Shown piece by piece: positions 1 to 8,644 of a DNA stretch of 15,000 nucleotides. This DNA comes from Opitutus sp. GAS368 (GTDB lineage: Bacteria > Verrucomicrobiota > Verrucomicrobiia > Opitutales > Opitutaceae). Each line of letters starts with the position of its first letter. Position 1 is the stretch's first letter. A model generated the notes under the pieces. That model made no database searches, was not told where the DNA came from, and worked only from the letters and a program-made list of their open reading frames with translations. The stretch lies in the NCBI GenBank assembly GCA_945861645.1, contig CAMAVZ010000038.1:1-15000 (forward strand), read 5' to 3'. The position numbers were made by a program, and so were the translations under genes.

Positions 1-92
1 CGGACCTGGCGAGCGGATGCACTGGCCGGGACCGTCGTAAATAATTTTATGATCCTCCCGCGGAGCACTAACTAATTACCCATTTTTTCGCC

Positions 93-1985
93 ATGAAACC
101 TATTTTTTCTCTGGTTCTTTTGTTAACGCTTACGGCGCTCAGCGCGCGGGCCGGATCGGCCTTATCCGGCCCGGCACCTTCGACGGCGCCGGTGTTGAAT
201 GAGCAACAACGGCAAGCCGACTATGTTCGCCGCATCGATGAAGTGATCGATTTCGCCACCGGCGGCGCTAAATTTAAGACGAATGATCCGGCCAAATTTG
301 AACTGGTCACCATCGCGGCCAAGTTAGTGCGCGGCCAAGATTACGAGCACTGTTCTCAGCGCGTCATCGAGCTGATGAGCAAGCCCGGCACGGGGCCTTT
401 TTGGATGTTTCCGACCGTGTCGACCGCCTTTTTAGGTCGCGGCCGATTGTCGCCCGCCGCCTTGGCTTCCATCCGCGAGGCGTGGCGGACGACTCGGCAA
501 CTGCGCGGCGATACGGAGAATCATTGGATGATGTACTACGCGTCGCTTTACCTCATGTCCGAGCTGTATCCCAACGATCCGGCGGAATCATGGTACACGG
601 GAAAGTCCTCGGCGGAAAATCTAGCCGAGGCGCGCGCCTATCTCATTTACTGGACGGATCTCTCGACGAGTATGGGGCAGGGAGAATTCAATCCAACCGA
701 GTACCTTGCTGAATACGCGATCCCGTTACTTTTTCTGGCCAATTGGGCACAGGACCCCGCAATTAAAGAGCGCGGGCGGCTGATGCTCGATTGGCTTTTT
801 GCTGAATTGGCGGCCAATACATTGAACGGCGTGTTGCGTGGACCTAATTCGCGTACCACGGAAGGGCCGGTGGCCGAACGATGGAACTCTCAGGCCTCCG
901 ACTTTAGTTGGATGCTTTTCGGCAACACGCCACCGACGGCCGGTTACGGTGGCTGGTCTCTTTATTTCGCGCCATTGGCAAAAAATTACAAGCTGCCCGA
1001 GGTCATCTACCGCATCGCGACCGATCGGTCAGCGGACTACCTGCAGCGGGATCGGGCGCGCACGCGCCGGCGTTGGCGTTACAGCGACGAGCTTTCTCCG
1101 CTGGTCTATAAAACGAATTATTTACGGACCGATTACGCCGTGGGCTCCACGCGCGGTGGGATGATTGATCCGATTCAGGCGCACGTATGGGACGTTACGT
1201 GGGCTGAAGCGGATCCGCGTAAAAAACATAACACGATGTTCTCGATGCATCCGCATTCTTCCATGGACGCGATGCAATCGTCGTTCACCTGTTATCCTGA
1301 ACCGATGATTAAGGCGGTTACGAGGGAAGGTAAACCCACGTATGATTCGCCGGATAAGATTCTCGGCAGTTCGCCCTACGAGCAAGTGTTTCAAGATCTC
1401 GATACGGTTGTGGCGCTCTATGACATTCCGGCCGGGGAACGCTTTCCGCACATCAACGGATTTTTCTCCAAAGATTTGGTTAAGGTGACGGAGAGTCCCT
1501 CCGGCTGGATCTTTGCTCAGGGTGGGCGGACCTATCTCGCGTACCGTCCTCTCGCGGGCTACACGTGGACTAAGTACAGCCACTTTGCGGGTGGCTGGGC
1601 CAAGGTCGGGCTCAATCTCGGCGGACGAATTCTCACTAGTCCGCACTTAAAAAATGGCACGATCGTGCAAGCGGCGAGTGTCAGTGAATTCCCCAGCTTC
1701 GCGGCTTTTCAGGCGGCGATTAATGGGCTCCCGCTGCAATTCTCTCTCGAGCCGGTGCCGACCGTGAATTTCACCACCCTGCGGGGAAAAAAGGTGACCT
1801 GCACCTACGGGCAAACGCCGACGGTCGACGGCAGCCCATTGGATTATTCAAAGTGGAAATTATTTGAGGGCCCGTACCTTAATTCTGAAGTGGGCAGCCG
1901 GCGCCTCACCATTACTCACGGTCAATTGGAGCGCGTGCTGGATTTAAATGCGCTGACCGCCACCGACCGCGTGCGGACCCCATGA
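93..1985 (+). CDS. Secreted hypothetical protein, possibly heparinase II/III-like polysaccharide-lyase architecture (helical N-domain plus beta-rich C-domain)
   Basis: 630-aa ORF with an N-terminal signal peptide (MKPIFSLVLLLTLTALSARA). The aromatic-rich helical half has GDTENHWMMY, GEFNPTEY and GPNSR motifs, followed by a beta-strand-rich half. The CDS is solid; the fold call is pattern-based inference. Confidence 0.6.
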   Translation: MKPIFSLVLLLTLTALSARAGSALSGPAPSTAPVLNEQQRQADYVRRIDEVIDFATGGAKFKTNDPAKFELVTIAAKLVRGQDYEHCSQRVIELMSKPGTGPFWMFPTVSTAFLGRGRLSPAALASIREAWRTTRQLRGDTENHWMMYYASLYLMSELYPNDPAESWYTGKSSAENLAEARAYLIYWTDLSTSMGQGEFNPTEYLAEYAIPLLFLANWAQDPAIKERGRLMLDWLFAELAANTLNGVLRGPNSRTTEGPVAERWNSQASDFSWMLFGNTPPTAGYGGWSLYFAPLAKNYKLPEVIYRIATDRSADYLQRDRARTRRRWRYSDELSPLVYKTNYLRTDYAVGSTRGGMIDPIQAHVWDVTWAEADPRKKHNTMFSMHPHSSMDAMQSSFTCYPEPMIKAVTREGKPTYDSPDKILGSSPYEQVFQDLDTVVALYDIPAGERFPHINGFFSKDLVKVTESPSGWIFAQGGRTYLAYRPLAGYTWTKYSHFAGGWAKVGLNLGGRILTSPHLKNGTIVQAASVSEFPSFAAFQAAINGLPLQFSLEPVPTVNFTTLRGKKVTCTYGQTPTVDGSPLDYSKWKLFEGPYLNSEVGSRRLTITHGQLERVLDLNALTATDRVRTP

Positions 1986-3376
1986 GTAATCGCGCGCGCC
2001 TCAGTGGTGGGTTAACGCTCTCGCTCGGCGCGCTGCTGTTTAGTTTGCCGCTGAGTCAGCTAGTCGCGGAGGCGCCGCCGTGGGCTGATTCAGCCCGAGC
2101 TGGTCACGCGATGCTGACGCGGCTCTGTGATGATTTCGGTGGGCGGCTCACGGGCAGCGTCGCCAATGAAAGGGCGCTGACGCAACTAGCCGCTGAGCTC
2201 CGGGCCTTGGGGCTGCAGCCGGAGCGAGTGCCGTTCTCGATGCCGGGGTGGGAGCGGGGCGCGGATCACGTTGAGCTGTTGGCGCCCCTGAGCCGACCGT
2301 TACGCGTGGCGGCGCTTGCCTATACGTCAGCGCACGCTCCCTTTGAAGCTGAGGTGGTTGATATCGGCGCGGGCGGGGTGGCTGATTATCCGGCGGACGT
2401 GACCGGAAAAATTGCGCTCTTAGATCCCGCCTGTACGCTCACGGCTCGAGAATTTTCACAGCTGGCCTTCCAGCGGGGCGCGCGGGGTATCTTGCATATT
2501 AATCGTGAAGGCGGCGGCCAGTTGCTGGCCCGGACGGGGAGCTTCATCGGCGAACCCTTAGTGCTGCCGGTGTATTCTCTGGCGCAGGAAGAGGGACGGT
2601 GGCTGCAGCGTTTAATGAAGCGGGGCCAGACGGTGCGCGTGCGGGTGGCGACAAAATCGCAGTGTCGCGTCGTGACCACCGCAAATTTAGTGGTGCGCTT
2701 ACCGGGTCGATCGCCAGCTCGCCTGATTGTGGGCGCGCATTTTGACAGCTGGGATCTCGGGCAGGGCGCACTCGATAATGGGATTGGTCTCGCCCAATTA
2801 TTTGCGCTGGCCCATGCCCTCCGCGGCCGTGAGCTCGCGCACTCGGTTGAGCTGATTTGGTTCAATGGTGAGGAGGAAGGCCTGTGGGGTTCGCGTCAGG
2901 CGGCGGCGCAATTAGGCGCCGATCCCATCATCGCCATGATCAATCTCGACATGGTCGGGGTGCCGATCGCCGTGAATGCCCTTGGGGATGACACCCTCGT
3001 GCCGGCGCTGCAGGCGTGGGCGCAAACGCGCGGCTCGGCCGCGCTTCCGCGAGGCGTGGAGAATATTAATTGGTTTGGTAGTGACCACACCCCTTACCAA
3101 TTAGCTGGCGTGCGGGCGCTCACTTTTAATGGGCCGATTCCGCGCGAGTCGGTGCGCTTTTATCACGATTTTGCGGACACGATCGATAAATTGCCGGCGC
3201 AAATTATTGTTGATTCGACGGCGGTGATTGGGGACCTCGTGTTGACGTTGGCGAATAGCTCGACGTTGACCGCCGCGCGGCGGACGCCGACTGAGACCGA
3301 GAAATTATTTACTACCTTTGGGCTGGAGCGGCGCATGCAAGCGATCGGTTATTGGCCGTTTCCCGCTTCGCCCTGA
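1982..3376 (+). CDS. Secreted M28-family metallopeptidase with PA domain (carboxypeptidase Q/aminopeptidase-like)
   Basis: Signal-like N-terminus; G-R-L-T-G-S; co-catalytic Zn ligand motifs GAHFDSW, GALDNG, GEEEGLWGS, NLDM, SDH and YH. ATGA overlap with the upstream stop codon (1982-1985). Confidence 0.92.
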   Translation: MSNRARLSGGLTLSLGALLFSLPLSQLVAEAPPWADSARAGHAMLTRLCDDFGGRLTGSVANERALTQLAAELRALGLQPERVPFSMPGWERGADHVELLAPLSRPLRVAALAYTSAHAPFEAEVVDIGAGGVADYPADVTGKIALLDPACTLTAREFSQLAFQRGARGILHINREGGGQLLARTGSFIGEPLVLPVYSLAQEEGRWLQRLMKRGQTVRVRVATKSQCRVVTTANLVVRLPGRSPARLIVGAHFDSWDLGQGALDNGIGLAQLFALAHALRGRELAHSVELIWFNGEEEGLWGSRQAAAQLGADPIIAMINLDMVGVPIAVNALGDDTLVPALQAWAQTRGSAALPRGVENINWFGSDHTPYQLAGVRALTFNGPIPRESVRFYHDFADTIDKLPAQIIVDSTAVIGDLVLTLANSSTLTAARRTPTETEKLFTTFGLERRMQAIGYWPFPASP

Positions 3377-3490
3377 CCATGGCTTTACTTAACCGCGAAG
3401 TTAAATTCGACTCCCCTCCGCTAGCAGATTTTAACTGCATCCCCGTTTGACTTAACCCCCGCTCGCCCGCCCCACCTTAACCTGCGTTTT

Positions 3491-5563
3491 ATGCATATTC
3501 TTGGACTCCACCTGGTCGACGCCCTCATTATAGTCGCTTACGTTATTGCCGTCTTAGCCATTGGGAAAATTTTATCTCATGGGATGAAAGGCGAAAAAGA
3601 TTTTTTTCTTGGCGGCCGTTCTTTGGGGAAATGGTTTCAGTTCTTTCTGAGCTTCGGGACCATGACGGATCCAGGGCAAGCGACGACGACCGCAAGTTCG
3701 GTTTATCGCCAAGGCGCTGGGGGGGCTTGGCTGGCCCTCATCACGTTATTTTTAACCCCTTATTATTGGTTCACCACGGTGTGGTTTCGGCGCGTCCGAT
3801 TGACAACCATGGCAGATTTATTTGAAGACCGCTTCGGCCGGCGCTTTCTCGCCACCTTATATGCGGTGACGACCATCATGATGGTAATCGTGGCAATTGC
3901 GGGAGGCAACGTAACGGCCCTCAAGACATTACAGCCGTTGATGGTCAAAGAGCCTGCGATTTACTCCGTCGCCGAAAAACAAATGGTGACTGAGTATTAC
4001 GAATTCATCGCCCTGCGTAAGGAGCGCGCCATCGCCCCGCTCGCCGATGCGGCGGTCGCGCGTTATGATCTGCTCAAAGATGCTTACGCTCGGGGTGCCT
4101 TGCAGCCCCATGTGACGTACCTCCATCCGGTGACTTTTTACTTGGTCTCTTCCGTCCTCGTCGCCGTGTTTGTCATGCTCGGAGGCCTGAAAGCGTCCGC
4201 CGTCGTCGATGGGCTTCAGGCTATTCTCGTGATTATTATTTCGGTGGTTTTGATTCCTTTTGGTCTAGCGGAAATCGGCGGCTTAGCTGGGCTCCACGCC
4301 AAAGTGCCCGCGGTCATGTTCAATTTATTTGGGGGTGGGGGCGCCAGTGAATACACGTGGTATTCCATCGCCGCCTTGTTGTTGGTGCAGTTTCTCGGTA
4401 TTGTGGCGTCGACGGCGAACATGACGATCGCTGGTTCGGCTAAAAGCGAATTGGCCGCGCGCATCGGGGCGGTGACGGGGGGCTTTAGTAAGCGCTTTGT
4501 GACCATTGCTTGGGCTTTCTGTGGTTTGATTGCCCTAGCGCTTTTTGGGGGCAATTTATCCGACCCAGATCAAGTTTGGGGGTTGTTGACGCGGGCCCTG
4601 CTGCCCGTCGGCTTGATTGGCGTCATGATCATCGGGATTCTGGGGGGCAAACTCGCGTTGCTCGGCGCTCAATCGGTAGTTCTGGCCGGCCTCGCGGTGA
4701 AGAATTTATATGAACCAATGCTGCCCGGTAGATCGGAGCGTCACTATATGGTGGTGGCCCGCTTGACCGTGCCGCTGGTGCTCGCGTGTGGGATCGGCGT
4801 AGGGCTCTATCTCAATAGCGTTATCGCTTTGTTAAAGTTTTCGATCGTCCTCCTCGTGATTTGGGGCGTGCCCATCACCTTGATTTTTCTTTGGCGACGT
4901 TTGACCGAAACAGCCGTACGCGTACAAGTCCTCGCGACGGTTATGTTTGTTGCCGTGATCCCGTGGACGGTTCCCGCCATTCCGGCACTAGCGCAATCGG
5001 CTACCTTGACCCAACTGACGCGCGAGCAGGTGATCACTGTGCATGGAGCTGGTGATCCAGCGCTGACCTCGCACCGCATCGAGCCCGTTTCGATCTATTT
5101 TGAAGAAGGGGTTGTGCGCAGCAACCCGCAGGACTGGCAGTCGCCCAAAACGGGGAAGGGATTATTCCGCATCGAAGTCTACTTGCTCGCCGTACTCGGC
5201 TTCGATGTAGCCGGTTTCAATCCGGCCCAATTATTGATGACGCGCTATGTGGTCGATGCTTTGTTTCCTCTTATAATTCTCATCGTGGTCAGTCTGCTCA
5301 CGACCCCCACCGACCCAGCGCGAGTGGCGCGGTTTCATGTGCGCATGAAGACGCCGGTGGCCGCCACGCTCGAAGAAGATGCGGTGGCCGTGGCGGCGAG
5401 TTACGCCCACCCGACGCGTTACGATCACCTGAAACTATTTCCCCATTCCCAATGGGAGCTCACCAAGTGGAATCGCCAAGATGGGTTGGGCTTCCTCGGC
5501 TGCTGCGCGGTCGTGGGCTTTATCCTCGTGTTCTTTAAGGCCGTCTTAGTGCTCGGCAGTTAA
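3491..5563 (+). CDS. Sodium:solute symporter (SSS/SLC5) family transporter
   Basis: 690 aa with many hydrophobic helices; family motifs DFFLGGRSLG, TMADLFEDRFG and LGGLKASAVVDGLQ. Confidence 0.92.
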   Translation: MHILGLHLVDALIIVAYVIAVLAIGKILSHGMKGEKDFFLGGRSLGKWFQFFLSFGTMTDPGQATTTASSVYRQGAGGAWLALITLFLTPYYWFTTVWFRRVRLTTMADLFEDRFGRRFLATLYAVTTIMMVIVAIAGGNVTALKTLQPLMVKEPAIYSVAEKQMVTEYYEFIALRKERAIAPLADAAVARYDLLKDAYARGALQPHVTYLHPVTFYLVSSVLVAVFVMLGGLKASAVVDGLQAILVIIISVVLIPFGLAEIGGLAGLHAKVPAVMFNLFGGGGASEYTWYSIAALLLVQFLGIVASTANMTIAGSAKSELAARIGAVTGGFSKRFVTIAWAFCGLIALALFGGNLSDPDQVWGLLTRALLPVGLIGVMIIGILGGKLALLGAQSVVLAGLAVKNLYEPMLPGRSERHYMVVARLTVPLVLACGIGVGLYLNSVIALLKFSIVLLVIWGVPITLIFLWRRLTETAVRVQVLATVMFVAVIPWTVPAIPALAQSATLTQLTREQVITVHGAGDPALTSHRIEPVSIYFEEGVVRSNPQDWQSPKTGKGLFRIEVYLLAVLGFDVAGFNPAQLLMTRYVVDALFPLIILIVVSLLTTPTDPARVARFHVRMKTPVAATLEEDAVAVAASYAHPTRYDHLKLFPHSQWELTKWNRQDGLGFLGCCAVVGFILVFFKAVLVLGS

Positions 5564-5704
5564 CGGCGAGCCTTGCGGCCGCGCTAGCCCGAGTCGTGCG
5601 CAAAGCTTCGATCCTGACTTCAGGGGGGCCGCCCTCAACAGAAGACCACCGTCAGGTGGGAAAGGTTAAACGAGGAGCCGAGAATTCAGCGGAGGCGTTT
5701 AGTG

Positions 5705-5710
5705 TATAAT
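5705..5710 (+). promoter_or_regulatory. Possible sigma70 -10 element for the PepE-like gene
   Basis: Perfect TATAAT in an AT-rich patch about 80 bp upstream of the ATG at 5789. No convincing -35 element. Confidence 0.25.
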
Positions 5711-5788
5711 GAATGTAACAAAAATTTAGAATGGGTTGAATGCTGAGTTGTGTCAGCGGCTTAACTTGCTCTGCTTGGGGGTAATTCT

Positions 5789-6577
5789 ATGCGTACTTTT
5801 GGGCTATTTTTAGTGATCCTGCTCACCGTTGCTTCCACGCGCGGCGCGACGCAAGCGGCGGTAAGTCCCTCCGTGTTGGTCGTGGGTGGGGCCATGAGTG
5901 ACGGCCCGCACTTCATTGCGAGCACGCGAGAGGTCATGCAGCGACATTATGCGGGCTGCCAGAAAATCGTCCTCGTGCTCCATGCTGATTTACCCCGCGA
6001 TCGGAATCGACGGGAGGTCCAGCTCAAGGCGGCCTTTGACGAGCTCGGTTTTGCGCGGGTGGAATCCCTGCATCATGCGGATCTGGCGGGGCAGCGGATG
6101 TTATTGGAGCAAGCCGATGGAATTTTCGTGAGTGGTGGCGAAACTTTTGTGCTGTTGGCGGAACTGTACCGGACGGGGCAGTTAGATCTGATTCGATCGC
6201 GCGTGGCCGCGGGGGTGCCGTACGGTGGTTCGAGCGCGGGGGCTAACGTGGCGGGGCTGGTGATTGGCACCACCAACGATTTTCCGGTCGCGGAAATTCC
6301 TAGCCGGCGGGCGTTGGCGATTTTCCCGGCGGTCATTAATCCGCACCATCCGGCGCCTTCCGCGCGAGGTGATTTTGATTATCGGGCGGAAAAAATTAAT
6401 AAGTATCTCGGCTTCAACCCCACTGAGATCGTGTTGGCGTTGGGCAATGGGGCGATGGCGCGCCTTCATGAGGGTCGCGTGACGTTGGCGGCAGGGCTAG
6501 GCTGGGTTTATCAAGTGCAGGGCCGCCGGTCACTGGTGCCCGGTGATTTGATTCCCGAGCTGCTGCCCGAAAAATAA
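5789..6577 (+). CDS. Peptidase S51 family (dipeptidase E-like, class I GATase-like fold) with signal peptide
   Basis: Motifs IFVSGGETF, YGGSSAGAN (Ser149), TTNDFP and INPH (His186) match PepE. The N-terminus is a hydrophobic signal sequence. Confidence 0.88.
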   Translation: MRTFGLFLVILLTVASTRGATQAAVSPSVLVVGGAMSDGPHFIASTREVMQRHYAGCQKIVLVLHADLPRDRNRREVQLKAAFDELGFARVESLHHADLAGQRMLLEQADGIFVSGGETFVLLAELYRTGQLDLIRSRVAAGVPYGGSSAGANVAGLVIGTTNDFPVAEIPSRRALAIFPAVINPHHPAPSARGDFDYRAEKINKYLGFNPTEIVLALGNGAMARLHEGRVTLAAGLGWVYQVQGRRSLVPGDLIPELLPEK

Positions 6578-6601
6578 TTTTAGCGGTGATGGGACCGCTC
6601 G

Positions 6602-6972
6602 GCTCAAGCCTCCAAGCCGCCACAAAAAGCCCAGAAGGCGCAGAACCGACCAAGGCATGGCCGCGAAAAACGCGAAACGACGCGAAGGGTTCGAACTTAA
6701 ACCTTAAAACTTTCGCCTCTCACCTCTCACCTCTGTGCCGCCTCTAGCCTTTCGCCTCTAGCCTCAAGCCTTAACGCCGCCACGAAAAATCCGAGAAACA
6801 CAAAAACGAACCAATTCATTTTTAACCGCGAAGGGCGCGAAGTGACGCGAAGGGTTCGAACTTAAACCCGCCGCCGCTCCCGCGCGACAGAGGATAGGCC
6901 CTATAACCTATAACCTCTCACCTCTGACCCAGCTTCTCCGTGCCGCCTCTAGCCTCTCACCTCTCGCCCCTG
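6602..6972 (+). repeat. Composite intergenic repeat, two imperfect tandem units starting at 6616 and 6776
   Basis: Exact 25-bp direct repeat GACGCGAAGGGTTCGAACTTAAACC at 6679-6703 and 6844-6868. Exact 16-bp GTGCCGCCTCTAGCCT at 6735-6750 and 6940-6955. Also 9-bp-period CGCGAA/CACRAA triplets and 7-bp-period CCTCTCA-like arrays. Confidence 0.9.
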
Positions 6973-6979
6973 CCTCCGG

Positions 6980-7831
6980 CTACTTAGCGGGGCCGAAATC
7001 GTACGTTAGGTTCCACTCGCGGGTCTCGCCGGGAGCAAGATTGAGGGCGAGATAAGGTTCGAGAGAGAGGGTGTTTCCGTTGGCCCACAGCACGCATTTA
7101 AATGGGACGAAGTCGGTGGTGAAATGGACTGAGGTCAGCTTCGGGTGCGTCAGGGTTGCAACTAAAGGCTGACCCATGGGCAGTCCTAAAAGCTCCAGAT
7201 GGCCGCCGTCGACTCCGATAAAAGGGCGATACATAGTGAGCGTGCGCCCCGTTAATTTATAACCGATATTTTCGGCGAGTTGTGTGCCGGCCGGCAAAGT
7301 GACGACCTGCAAGCCATCGGTCTGCAGCGCAAAAAAAGGATGGGCAAACCACTCGAACTTGAGCGGAGTGCGGCCGCGATTAGTCAGGCGCGAAGTGGAG
7401 CGCAGGTGCCGACCCTTTAAGGCGATGGTGCGCTCGATTTCATAGGACCAATGACCCACGGTTTGGGCCGTACGGAAAATTGCCTGAGTGGGCGTGAGTT
7501 CAGTTTCCCAGTGGCAGGGTTGGGTGACGATCACATTACCTTCCGCATCGCGGCCGAGTTGGCCGGCGCCGGGAGCGAGGCCGATGGGGCCATCCCAGAG
7601 CAAGGGCTGTCCCGTCATGGTGCTATGGCGAAACGACTCGGGCAGACCTTGGCCGTTGCGCGGAACGGGATCGGGTTTGGGCCATTCGGGGCCGGTGAGT
7701 AAATCGCCCACGTGTTGGTCGTGAATTTGCCAGATGTAGCCCCCCCAGCAAAAGCGGGGGCCTAAGTGGGCATGTTCCGCGACCGGATCAAGCAGATCGA
7801 CGGTGAGTTCGGCGTTGGCGAGATGCAGCAT
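6980..7831 (-). CDS. Aldose 1-epimerase / galactose mutarotase-like protein
   Basis: 283 aa, beta-rich; late motifs LTNRG..., WFAHPFF and LSLEPY...LAPGETREW are typical of the mutarotase superfamily. Ends in TAG. Confidence 0.7.
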   Translation of the reverse strand: MLHLANAELTVDLLDPVAEHAHLGPRFCWGGYIWQIHDQHVGDLLTGPEWPKPDPVPRNGQGLPESFRHSTMTGQPLLWDGPIGLAPGAGQLGRDAEGNVIVTQPCHWETELTPTQAIFRTAQTVGHWSYEIERTIALKGRHLRSTSRLTNRGRTPLKFEWFAHPFFALQTDGLQVVTLPAGTQLAENIGYKLTGRTLTMYRPFIGVDGGHLELLGLPMGQPLVATLTHPKLTSVHFTTDFVPFKCVLWANGNTLSLEPYLALNLAPGETREWNLTYDFGPAK

Positions 7832-7896
7832 GAGCAGAAAAACCGTGAGGTGAGAGCGCGGGCCGGGGGATACTGCACGCGAGCGCCGATAAAAAC

Positions 7897-8433
7897 TTAG
7901 CGCAGGCGCATGAGGCGCAGCGTGGTGCTCTGGCCGTCGATGACTAAAACGAATTGGCCATGCGGACGGGCATGAATTTCGATACTCTTGCCCACGAGCT
8001 CATAGGTGATCGGTTCAAAGCCTTCCCACACTTGACCGTTATCGAGGCGGAAGCGGTTAGATGATTCCCATTTAACGACCGTGCCGACCAGCGGAGGCAG
8101 CGTGCGCCACTCCGAGTCATCGAAGGCCGGCAGACCAAAGCGCTGGAGCCAACCAGCCTTGGGTTGTACCATGGGCATGGGTGCGGGAGCGGCGACGGCG
8201 ACAACTGCTGCGCGAGCGGTGACGAGCGCCGTTTGGAGCTGAGTGGTCGCCGCCGCTTGTTGGCGAATAAGGGCGGCATCGATGACGCCGAGTTCGTCCG
8301 GACTGAGGCGATCGAGGCCGGCGCGTTGCCATTCTGCGGGTGTGAGGACGGCTTGAAGGCCGGGGAATTTTTCGGCGGCCGAGCAAGCGACGGCTAGGAG
8401 TAGGCAGAGGAACCAGCGTAGGGCCAATTTCAT
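7897..8433 (-). CDS. Secreted hypothetical protein
   Basis: 178 aa: signal peptide, short helical LTPAEWQRAGLDRLSPDEL domain, Ala/Pro linker and C-terminal beta domain with FRLDNGQVW. Confidence 0.75.
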   Translation of the reverse strand: MKLALRWFLCLLLAVACSAAEKFPGLQAVLTPAEWQRAGLDRLSPDELGVIDAALIRQQAAATTQLQTALVTARAAVVAVAAPAPMPMVQPKAGWLQRFGLPAFDDSEWRTLPPLVGTVVKWESSNRFRLDNGQVWEGFEPITYELVGKSIEIHARPHGQFVLVIDGQSTTLRLMRLR

Positions 8434-8644
8434 AGAGCAAGTTTGAGGCGATCGCTGCCGGTGAACGAGGATAAAATATCTAGCTCGATTAAAAATTCAC
8501 GAGCGTTGCCTAGCTGATTTTACGCCGCGCGGGGCGCTCTGGGTCAGAGCTGGAGAAAGTGATCGCCGGTATTTTGGGCCGCGACCATGCGAGCGAAGAG
8601 GCCGCCGCGGGCGACGAGGGCTTCGGGAGCTAGGGGCGCCGCAC

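Noticed and set aside
5564-5700. Possible riboswitch/ncRNA (GCAAAGC, short stems CCTGA/TCAGG and CCACC/GGTGG)
   Set aside because: Lacks the remaining consensus of c-di-GMP-I, glycine or cobalamin riboswitches, and the stems are only 5 bp. An Infernal/Rfam scan would settle it.
6980-6982. Genome-wide TAG-to-sense reassignment
   Set aside because: The epimerase gene ends at TAG at a natural domain end, and readthrough would run into repeat DNA. No other gene here has an internal TAG.
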